Source: Candidatus Eiseniibacteriota bacterium (GTDB lineage Bacteria; Eisenbacteria; RBG-16-71-46; SZUA-252). Taken from it: a stretch of DNA of 64,000 nucleotides. Numbering within the stretch: the stretch's first letter is position 1; every line of letters starts with the position of its first letter. Of this stretch, positions 1-7,748 are shown piece after piece. The notes beneath the pieces were generated by a model. The model worked only from the letters and a program-made list of their open reading frames with translations, searched no databases and was not told the DNA's origin. Position numbers and translations under genes: made by a program. The stretch lies in contig VBOZ01000033.1 in the NCBI GenBank assembly GCA_005893305.1, positions 79,058-143,057 on the forward strand, in the 5' to 3' direction.

Positions 1-2
1 TC

Positions 3-326
3 GTCGGGATCACGTTCGCCGCGGGATGGACCCCGTGCATCGGCCCGATTCTCGCGTCGATCCTCCTCTATGCGAGCACGGCCAAGACCGTGGGGACCGG
101 AATTCTCCTGCTCAGCGTCTACTCGCTGGGGCTGGGCGTTCCGTTCCTGCTCGCCTCCCTCGGAATGAACTCGTTTTTGGCCGCATCCAGCCGCCTCCGT
201 CGTTCACTTCGCACGATCGAGGTCGTGAGCGGTGCAATTTTAATTGTCTTTGGACTCGCCCTCGTCACAAACCTCTTCTCGAACTTCGTGGCCTTCCTCG
301 CCCGCTTTCTTCCCGCGCTCGGCTGA
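3..326 (+). CDS. ccdA: Cytochrome c biogenesis protein CcdA / DsbD-beta family (5' truncated by window edge)
   Basis: Frame from nt 3 reads VGITFAAGWTPCIGPILASIL...YSLGLGVPFL; WTPCIGP is the second-Cys motif of CcdA. Confidence 0.9.
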   Translation, partial: VGITFAAGWTPCIGPILASILLYASTAKTVGTGILLLSVYSLGLGVPFLLASLGMNSFLAASSRLRRSLRTIEVVSGAILIVFGLALVTNLFSNFVAFLARFLPALG

Positions 327-335
327 CGCTCAGCT

Positions 336-363
336 CTAAACATTCGCTTCAAAAAACCGATAG
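336..363 (+). promoter_or_regulatory. Sigma-28 (FliA/SigD/WhiG)-like promoter
   Basis: CTAAA-N16-CCGATAG versus consensus CTAAA-N16-CCGATAT; intergenic, about 100 nt upstream of the HD-GYP gene. Confidence 0.65.
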
Positions 364-466
364 CTACCTCATCGGGGGGACCTGGGGGGGCTCCCTTCGA
401 TCGACAACGAAGGAACGTCCCACATCTCCCTGCGGCGGGCTCAAGCCCCGACGCACGACTGAGGCA

Positions 467-1636
467 ATGGCGACAAAAACGCGGGCAACCAACCGTCCAA
501 CCGTCGCACACGCCGCCGAAACCCTTCCGGGCGCTCTCGCGCTCCTGAACGGATTGGACCAGGTCGCGCGGTCCCTCGTTCCCTTCGAAGCGGGCGGCAC
601 CTCGCTCGCCCAAGTCGTTGAGGGAGCGCGCCGGCTCCTGAATCCGGACGGCGTCGCGATCCTGATCCGAGACAAAGACGGGGAATACACATTCATGGCG
701 GCCGAAGGGGTGCTCGCCGAGTGGAGGCAATTCGTCCTCGCGGGGAGCGGCGTCGAGCTGCTCGACGAGTTCCTGAAGCGCGACACCGTCACGCTCTTCC
801 AGCGGAAGCAGCGGACCGCGTGGGCGCGTGAATTCTTGTTCGCGGCCGGGATGAACTGGGGGGCGCTCGCCCCGATTCGCGGACAGGGCGAGATGATCGG
901 CGCCCTGCTCGTGAACCACTCGGCGGCGTTGCCGTTCCATGCCGAGCACGTCGCCGCGTTCCGGGGGCTCGCCACGCTGGCCGGGGTCGCGGCGCGCGAG
1001 GACAGCCACCGGGCGCACCTGGAAGAGCTTTTCATGAGCGTCATCGTCTCGCTCACGATGGCGCTGGAAGCGAAGGATTCGGCGACCGAGGGCCACTCGG
1101 TCCGGGTGGCCGCCTACTCCGAGGCGATCGGCAAGGAGCTGGGCCTGGGCGCGAAGGCGCTCGACGTCATCCACCGGGCCTGCCTCGTCCACGACATCGG
1201 GAAGATCGCGGTCGACGAGAACATCCTCTCGAAGCGCGACCGGCTGAACACGATGGAGCGGGAGAAGATGGACATGCATCCGCTGATCGGGGAGAGCATC
1301 CTGAGCCCCATCGAGATGCTCCGGCCGCTTCTCCCCGGCGTTCGGTCGCACCACGAACACTACGACGGGTCAGGCTATCCGGACGGGCTGGCCGGCGACG
1401 CGATTCCGATCGAGGCGCGCATCATGGCGGTCGCGGACGCGTTCGACGCGATGACCTCGAACCGGCCCTATCGGCAGGCCCTCCCCGAGGAGGAAGCGCT
1501 GGTCGAGCTGCGGCGGAACGCGGGAACCCACTTCGACCCGAAGGTCGTCGCCGCGTTCGAGCAGATCTACCCCGCCGTGAAGCGGACGCTCGAGCACATG
1601 CGGCCCCGCGCGGAGCGCGTCAGCGAGCGGGGGTGA
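467..1636 (+). CDS. GAF domain + HD-GYP cyclic-dinucleotide phosphodiesterase
   Basis: ATG 467 after GAGG; GAF-like APIRGQGEMIGALLV; motifs TEGHSVRV, VHDIGK, HHEHYDGSGYPDGL, ADAFDAMTSNRPYR. Confidence 0.9.
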   Translation: MATKTRATNRPTVAHAAETLPGALALLNGLDQVARSLVPFEAGGTSLAQVVEGARRLLNPDGVAILIRDKDGEYTFMAAEGVLAEWRQFVLAGSGVELLDEFLKRDTVTLFQRKQRTAWAREFLFAAGMNWGALAPIRGQGEMIGALLVNHSAALPFHAEHVAAFRGLATLAGVAAREDSHRAHLEELFMSVIVSLTMALEAKDSATEGHSVRVAAYSEAIGKELGLGAKALDVIHRACLVHDIGKIAVDENILSKRDRLNTMEREKMDMHPLIGESILSPIEMLRPLLPGVRSHHEHYDGSGYPDGLAGDAIPIEARIMAVADAFDAMTSNRPYRQALPEEEALVELRRNAGTHFDPKVVAAFEQIYPAVKRTLEHMRPRAERVSERG

Positions 1637-2078
1637 GGCGGGCCTTGCGGAGAATGACCGTGGTGCCGTGGTCGGGGCGGGTGCGGAACGTGACCTCGTC
1701 CATGAGGGACCGCATCAGGTAGAGCCCGCGGCCGTGCGGATTCAAGAGGTGCGATTCGTCGGTCGGATTCGCCACCTTCCTCGGATCGAACCCCTCCCCG
1801 AAATCATCCACCTGAACGATGATGTCGCTGGGATGCACCGTGAAGTCGAAGGTGACCGACTTGTCGTCGGCAAAGACGTTGCCGTGCTGGATGGCGTTCG
1901 TGCCGGCCTCGATCACGGCGATCATGAGGGCGTTCTCGGCCTCGTCGCCCAATTCGTACTGCTGGGCGAGCCCCGCGATCAGGGCATGGACCATGGAGAG
2001 CTGTTCGAGACGGCTTCCGATCGTGAGGCGGATGGTGTCGCCCGAATCGCCGGATGAGTTCATGGGGGCGGCGCCCAT
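1620..2078 (-). CDS. RsbW/SpoIIAB-like anti-sigma factor Ser/Thr kinase (HATPase_c_2)
   Basis: N-box EAGTNAIQHG, DFGEGFD, GRGLYLM, GTTV; start 2078 or 2063. Confidence 0.88.
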   Translation of the reverse strand: MGAAPMNSSGDSGDTIRLTIGSRLEQLSMVHALIAGLAQQYELGDEAENALMIAVIEAGTNAIQHGNVFADDKSVTFDFTVHPSDIIVQVDDFGEGFDPRKVANPTDESHLLNPHGRGLYLMRSLMDEVTFRTRPDHGTTVILRKARLTPAR

Positions 2079-2165
2079 GTCAATACTGTAACAGAACGGC
2101 GCGGCGCGCGGGCATCGGTTTGGGGCGCCTGGTCAGGTCTCCGGCCGGATGCGGCGCGCGGGCAC

Positions 2166-4403
2166 TCACGAATTCGCCTTCAGGGCGACCAACGTGATGT
2201 CGTCCATCTGGTCCGCGCCGTCGCTGAACCGCGTCACCTCATCCGCGATGGCGCGGATGATCTCGTCGGCGGTCAGGCGCTCGGGCAGCCGCTCCACCAG
2301 CTCTAAGAGCCGCCCCTCCCCGAAGTCCTCGCCCAGGCGATTCCGCGCGTCGGTGATCCCGTCCGTATACATGATGAGCGCGTCCCCCGGGAGAAGCGTC
2401 GTTCGCGTCTGGGCATACTGGACGCCCGGCTGAACCCCCAAGGGGATTCCCCCTTCATCGAGCGACCTGCAAATTCCGTTCGCCGAGCGGAGGATGGGGT
2501 AGTTGTGGCCCGCGTTCGAGAGGGAGACTCCGAGCCCGTCGGCTTCCACCTCCGCCAGGATGCACGTCGCGAACCGGTCGTCCGTCGTGGCGTCGTGCAC
2601 GAGGCGGTTCAGGCGCCCCATCAGCTCGCCGACCGGCTTCCGGTCCAGCGCGGAGGTGCGGATCGCGGCCTGGACCATCGACGCGAGGAGCGCCGCGGGG
2701 ACCCCTTTGCCGGCCACGTCGGCGATCGCGACCAGGTAATCCCCCCGTCCCAGATCGACCGTGTCGTAGTAGTCGCCCCCCACCGCCTTGCTCGGCGCGT
2801 TGAGGCCGGCCAGCGTGAAGCCCGGGGACAGCGGAAGGCTGCTCGGGAGAAACTGCCGCTGGATTCGCCGCGCGACCGCGAGCTCTTCCTCGAGGATCTT
2901 CTTCTCCAGGCTGTCCCGATAGAGGAACGTGGTCGTGACCGCGACGCTCGTCTGGTTCGTCAAGGTCGCGAGGAGCGAGGTCTCGGCGGCCGTGTAGCGC
3001 GTCTCCGTGATCTTCCGGCCCAGGGCCACGAGCCCGAGGAAATTTCCTCCGTACCGAAGCGGAAGGATCAGATACGGCTCGGTCTCGAAGAGCGGCGCCA
3101 AGGGACCTTGAAGCGCGCGATCCTCGGCTAGGGAACGGGCCTCCTTGCCGCGGAGCAGGTCCGTATCGTCGAGAAGCCTCAAGAGCGCCTCACGCGGGAT
3201 CGCGCCGATCGCCTCCAGATCCACCCGGCCCCCAAAGCCCCAGGCCGAGTGCTGCCTCCGGTCGGGCGCGACCAGGAGCACGGTCGTGCGCGCGGGCAAC
3301 CCCTCGCGGAGAGCGTTCAGGAGCTTTTCGGCCAGGGTGTCCAGGTCGAGCACCGTGAGCATCTCGCCGCTCATCCTCCGGACGATCGTCCGAAAGTCGC
3401 CCTTGTCGCGCAGGAAGTAGCGATCGAGCGCCTCCTCCAGCCAGGAGAAGAGCGGCTGGAACAGGACCAGCGCGAGCATGAGGAACGCCGTTTGAAAGAT
3501 CGTGGTGTCGACGCCCGCGACCGTCTCGATCAGCGCGTCGAGGCGGCGGACGATGAGCATGTACACGCTCAGAAGAAAGGCGAGGGTGACGGAGTAGAGA
3601 ATCGATTTTCGCGCGATCAGGTTCGCGTCGAGGAAGCGGTAGCGCACCATCGAGTAGGCGATCGCGACGGATCCCACGACGAGCGCCACCACGATCAGGG
3701 TCGAGCGCACGACGGGGGGCCAGAACGTGTTGAAGAGCGCGGGGATCGGCACCGCGACGGCGTAGAGTCCGGCGCACGCGGAGAGCCCGTAGAAGATCGT
3801 GCGGACCTGCGCCCGGATTCTCGGGTTCTCGCTCCGGCGCCAGCTGTTCCAGAGAATGGTGAGCGCCGCCGCGATGTAGGCCAGGTTCACCAGCGAGAAG
3901 AGGATCTGGTGGAACCGGAAGATCAGCTCGAACGGGAGCCGGCCGTACTCGATCGCCTTGGCTCCGGCGGGATTCTGCGCGAGCTTCGCGGCAACCTGCC
4001 CCCAGAGCGCCCCCTGTCCCTGGAGGATCATGAGAATCAGGTGGAACAGGTGCGGGGCGAAAATCCAGAGCGACGCGAACGGGATCCGCCGGAAGAGCCG
4101 GTTCTCCTTGGGGAAGACGCACGCGAAAAAGAGGAGCGAGGGGAAGAAGAACTCCCAGATGTAATTGAACGAGCGGAGAATGTCGTTCGACCCGGCCTTG
4201 TTCGGTCCCATGCTGTTCAGCACGATCCCGATCGCGCCGAGCACCGAGCCGACCCCGCCCGAGAAGAGCATCAGCGCCGTGGCGCGATTGGCCCGCTCGC
4301 GCGGCGCCTCGCGGAGGATGATGATTCCCAGGAATAGGACCAGGGCGCCGACCACGAGGTAGGCCAGTGCGATCGGCGCGTTGCCTAAGGCGCCCACGTT
4401 CAT
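2166..4403 (-). CDS. Multi-TM sensor + GAF + SpoIIE/PP2C phosphatase (RsbU-like)
   Basis: Many N-terminal hydrophobic helices, GAF-like segment, VGGDYYD, IADVAGKGVPAAL, NAGH, YTDGITD, DDITLV. Confidence 0.9.
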   Translation of the reverse strand: MNVGALGNAPIALAYLVVGALVLFLGIIILREAPRERANRATALMLFSGGVGSVLGAIGIVLNSMGPNKAGSNDILRSFNYIWEFFFPSLLFFACVFPKENRLFRRIPFASLWIFAPHLFHLILMILQGQGALWGQVAAKLAQNPAGAKAIEYGRLPFELIFRFHQILFSLVNLAYIAAALTILWNSWRRSENPRIRAQVRTIFYGLSACAGLYAVAVPIPALFNTFWPPVVRSTLIVVALVVGSVAIAYSMVRYRFLDANLIARKSILYSVTLAFLLSVYMLIVRRLDALIETVAGVDTTIFQTAFLMLALVLFQPLFSWLEEALDRYFLRDKGDFRTIVRRMSGEMLTVLDLDTLAEKLLNALREGLPARTTVLLVAPDRRQHSAWGFGGRVDLEAIGAIPREALLRLLDDTDLLRGKEARSLAEDRALQGPLAPLFETEPYLILPLRYGGNFLGLVALGRKITETRYTAAETSLLATLTNQTSVAVTTTFLYRDSLEKKILEEELAVARRIQRQFLPSSLPLSPGFTLAGLNAPSKAVGGDYYDTVDLGRGDYLVAIADVAGKGVPAALLASMVQAAIRTSALDRKPVGELMGRLNRLVHDATTDDRFATCILAEVEADGLGVSLSNAGHNYPILRSANGICRSLDEGGIPLGVQPGVQYAQTRTTLLPGDALIMYTDGITDARNRLGEDFGEGRLLELVERLPERLTADEIIRAIADEVTRFSDGADQMDDITLVALKANS

Positions 4404-6916
4404 GGGACAGCTTCAAGCTCCGAGGGAAGTACCGAGCCCGGGATCAGGAGGAGCGGCCGGCCCGGCTGGTCCAGGATCGCCTGCAGTACCCGCGCCTCGT
4501 AGCTAAGACCCGGGGCGCTGAGCGGCAAGGTGCCGGCGGCGGCGTTCGCCCTAGCCGCGGGGCCGAGTACGCCTCTCAGGAACATCGGGAGCCGGAAGAG
4601 CGGCGCCTTCGGGTACTCGACGACTTGCACGTTCCGCTTCTCCGGAATTCCCGCCGCGCGCTTCGCGGCCTCGATCGTCTCATCGAGCGTGGCGACGCGA
4701 TCCACCAGGCGATTCTCGACCGCCGGGCGCCCCAGGTAGATCCGCCCCTCGCCGAGCTCGCGCACGCGCGCGACGTCGAGCCTCCGCGCGGACGCCACCT
4801 TCTGGGTGAAATCGTCATAGAGCTCCGCGAACGAGCGCTCGATCTGCTTTCGCTCGGCCGCGTCGAGGTTTCGCTCCGGGAGGGTCGCGCCGAGAATCGG
4901 GAGCCGGATGCCGCCCAGGAGGTCCGCGCTCTTTCCGACTTGGACGCGATCCGATGAGAAGCCGGTTTTCTCTCCAAAGCCCTCGTTCCAGGCCCAGCCG
5001 CCGATCACCCCGATCGAGCCGGTGACGGTGAACGGCGTGGTGGTGATCGTATCGGCGTCCATGCTGATCCAGTAGCCGCCGCTCCCGGCCACGCGGCCCT
5101 GGCTGACAAAGACCGGTTTCCTCGCCGCCTTGAGCGCGCGAATCTCCCCCGCGACGAGATCGGACGCGAGAGGATCGCCGCCGGGGGAATCGGCGCGCAT
5201 GACCACGGCCTTCACGTCGCGGTTCTCGCGGAGCTGCCGGATCGCCTTGGAGCTCGCGCGCGCCTTGATGCCGTCGTCCATGGCGCACTCGCCGATCGCA
5301 TAGACGAGCGCGAGCGTGGGCTTGGGCCCCCACTCCTCGTCGGGGCGCCACCTGCGCTCCAGAAGGGTCGGGTAGGAGGCGAGCCTGGCCCGCCGCCCGC
5401 CCACCATCTTCACGACCGCCTTCACGCTGTCCGCGCGGCCCAGCGCATCCACCCACTTGAGCTCGAGGAGGCGGCTCGCATAGAGAAACGGCTCCTCGTT
5501 CACGACCCGATCGAAGTCCTCGCGCGTGGCGCGCCCCGATTGGGCGACCCCGTTCGCGAGCTCGGCATAGGCGTCGTCGGCTACCGCTTGGAGCTGCTCT
5601 CGATCCGCCGCGGACATGTTGTCGCGGGAGAACGCCTCCAGCGCCGACTTGTATTTGTAGAAGCGCCATTCGTCGAAACCCACTCCCAGCTTGGCGAGTA
5701 GTCCCTTCATGTAGGTGCGGGAGATCTGGATTCCCGGCATCAGGAGGGATCCGCGCGGATCCATCACCAGACGGTCCGCGACCGAGGCCAGGTAGAGCTT
5801 CCCGAGGTTCAGATTGTCGGCGTAGACGATCACCTTCTTTCCACGCTGCTTGAGGGCGAGAAGTTTCTCCCGGATTTCCCAGAGCATGGCCGGGTTCGCC
5901 TCGAGGCCGGAGAGATTGAGGACGACGCCCCCGACCGTCGGGTCGTCGATCGCGAACTCGATCCGCTCGGTCAAGCCGCGGAGGGAGATCGTGCCGGGGT
6001 CCCAGTAGCGGTACGCCTGGTAGGCCACCCGGCCCTTGAGATCAATCTCCACGAAGCGCCGCTTGCTATTTCGCTTCCCGTCGAGGTCGAAACCCTTGAT
6101 GGGCGGATTCAGCCGGATCGCGTAGCGCGTCGCGCCGAGGTTCGCGTCCTTGTCGAAGTGGGGCGTGGCCCGGAACCCGGCCCGATCGAGCACGACGCCT
6201 ACGGTCACCTGGAATCGATCCTGGTCGCCGTATCGAATGGCCGCCTGGAGGCCGGGAATCGGGCGCACCTCGATCCCGCCCGCGAGCGGCCCGTCGTCCC
6301 ACCGCTCGCCGCGGCTCAGCGAATAGTCGCCGAAGATCGTGATCCTCGCGTCGCTGAGGGGACGAATTCCGACGTCGACCCCGGCGTCGTGATCGCCGCC
6401 CTGAAGCGCGATCCGCCCCGTGGTGCCGAAGGAGAGCCATCGTGTGGGGCGCGCGATATCGCCGGCCGCGAAGTAGTTCTGCCGCGCGAACGCGCCCTTG
6501 CCGGGACCCGAGAACCCGAGGGCCATGCCCTCGAAATGCCTGCCCGATCCGCTCCCGAATCCGATCTGATAGTCGGTCACGTTCCGCGCGCCGCCGGGGA
6601 ATTGCCGGTCGTGGCGCCGGAGCGTGAAGCCGAGTCCCGCTCCCGCGGTGACGCCCCACTGGTCCATGTGATTCGGCCGGACGTTTTCATCCGACCAGAA
6701 GAAGGAAAGCTCCGGCTTCTCGAGGACTCCCCACTGCGCCGGGTTGAACATCGCCCCGATCGCGCCGTCGTCGGTCGAGGGAGAAGTCGAGAGAACGTCG
6801 GACTCCTCCGCGTAGGGGGCGAGCCCCTCCCAGGCGGCAGCGCGACCGGTGGTGGCGAGGAATAGGATCGCCGTGGCGACGACGGCGCGGGCGAACGCTG
6901 AGCGTGGTCTCATCAT
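4400..6916 (-). CDS. sppA: Signal peptide peptidase SppA (S49, two domains) with N-terminal beta-strand-rich extension
   Basis: ATG 6916 overlaps the TerC stop (ATGA); signal peptide; YKSA, DSPGG, AGSGGYW, TGSIGV. Confidence 0.85.
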   Translation of the reverse strand: MMRPRSAFARAVVATAILFLATTGRAAAWEGLAPYAEESDVLSTSPSTDDGAIGAMFNPAQWGVLEKPELSFFWSDENVRPNHMDQWGVTAGAGLGFTLRRHDRQFPGGARNVTDYQIGFGSGSGRHFEGMALGFSGPGKGAFARQNYFAAGDIARPTRWLSFGTTGRIALQGGDHDAGVDVGIRPLSDARITIFGDYSLSRGERWDDGPLAGGIEVRPIPGLQAAIRYGDQDRFQVTVGVVLDRAGFRATPHFDKDANLGATRYAIRLNPPIKGFDLDGKRNSKRRFVEIDLKGRVAYQAYRYWDPGTISLRGLTERIEFAIDDPTVGGVVLNLSGLEANPAMLWEIREKLLALKQRGKKVIVYADNLNLGKLYLASVADRLVMDPRGSLLMPGIQISRTYMKGLLAKLGVGFDEWRFYKYKSALEAFSRDNMSAADREQLQAVADDAYAELANGVAQSGRATREDFDRVVNEEPFLYASRLLELKWVDALGRADSVKAVVKMVGGRRARLASYPTLLERRWRPDEEWGPKPTLALVYAIGECAMDDGIKARASSKAIRQLRENRDVKAVVMRADSPGGDPLASDLVAGEIRALKAARKPVFVSQGRVAGSGGYWISMDADTITTTPFTVTGSIGVIGGWAWNEGFGEKTGFSSDRVQVGKSADLLGGIRLPILGATLPERNLDAAERKQIERSFAELYDDFTQKVASARRLDVARVRELGEGRIYLGRPAVENRLVDRVATLDETIEAAKRAAGIPEKRNVQVVEYPKAPLFRLPMFLRGVLGPAARANAAAGTLPLSAPGLSYEARVLQAILDQPGRPLLLIPGSVLPSELEAVP

Positions 6917-7644
6917 TCCACCATGTCCTGTGCCTTTCCTGCCGAGTGCTTGACTCCCGGCTTGGCCCGCTTCGCGTAGATCGCGCTCGCCCCGAACAAC
7001 ACGAGCATGACGGTGATCGAGAGCCACCGCGGAATCTCCCAGCCGATGACGTGAATGCCGTGGAGGTACTCGATCAGGAGCTTGACGCCGACCCACGCGA
7101 CGATGACGTAGGCGCCGTCGACGATCGACGGGAACGATCGGACGATCCCAAGGAGCTGTCCGATCAGGACGCGCATCGCGATGATCCCGAGAACGCCGCC
7201 GCTGATGATGACCCATATCTTGCGCGACATCGCGATCGCGACGAGGATCGAATCGATCGCGAAGACGATGTCGGTCAGCTCGACCCGCACGACCGTGCTC
7301 CAGAACGCGGTGAGGCCGAGAATCGTCGCGATCGCCTTCGGCGTTCCCCGTTTCGATTCGTCGGGATGGTGCCAGAAATGCCTCGCCGGCAGATAGAGCA
7401 GGTAGGCCGCGCCCACCAGCTTCACCCACTCCCAATGGATGATGTAAACGGCGAACAACGTTGCCACGATCCGGAAGCCAACCGCCCCCACGATCCCGTA
7501 CCGGAGCGCCCGCTTCTGCTTCTCGACCGGGAGCGGGAGGACGAGGACCGCCAGGACCAGGGCGTTGTCGGCGCTCAGCGCGGCCTCGAGGAGGACAAGG
7601 AGGCCGATCGTGAGGAAATCGGTGGGCTCGACGTTGAAATGCAT
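6913..7644 (-). CDS. TerC family integral membrane protein (YkoY-like)
   Basis: LEAALSADNALVLA and VELTDIVFAIDSI signature motifs. Confidence 0.9.
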   Translation of the reverse strand: MHFNVEPTDFLTIGLLVLLEAALSADNALVLAVLVLPLPVEKQKRALRYGIVGAVGFRIVATLFAVYIIHWEWVKLVGAAYLLYLPARHFWHHPDESKRGTPKAIATILGLTAFWSTVVRVELTDIVFAIDSILVAIAMSRKIWVIISGGVLGIIAMRVLIGQLLGIVRSFPSIVDGAYVIVAWVGVKLLIEYLHGIHVIGWEIPRWLSITVMLVLFGASAIYAKRAKPGVKHSAGKAQDMVE

Positions 7645-7678
7645 GGAGAGGGGACTCTACCCCAAACCGTAGAGGTCC

Positions 7679-7748
7679 GGCGACCCTGGTGCTAGGGTTT
7701 GGCGACCCCGCTGCTAGGGCTTGGCGCCGTTCGGTGCCGCTAGGACTT
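7679..7748. repeat. Imperfect 22-bp tandem repeat (2 copies plus a degenerate third)
   Basis: GGCGACCCTGGTGCTAGGGTTT / GGCGACCCCGCTGCTAGGGCTT / GGCGCCGTTCGGTGCCGCTAGGACTT. Confidence 0.7.

Noticed and set aside
6917..7435. N-terminal extensions in the ORF track (SppA 1011 aa; also starts at 26, 9745, 14913, 17938, 24314, 35602, 40085, 50125)
   Set aside because: They overlap real neighbouring genes or promoters; downstream starts have an RBS, stop/start coupling or a signal peptide
7645..7740. yybP-ykoY manganese riboswitch upstream of TerC
   Set aside because: No recognisable consensus, and a -10 box 9 nt from the ATG leaves no room for a leader
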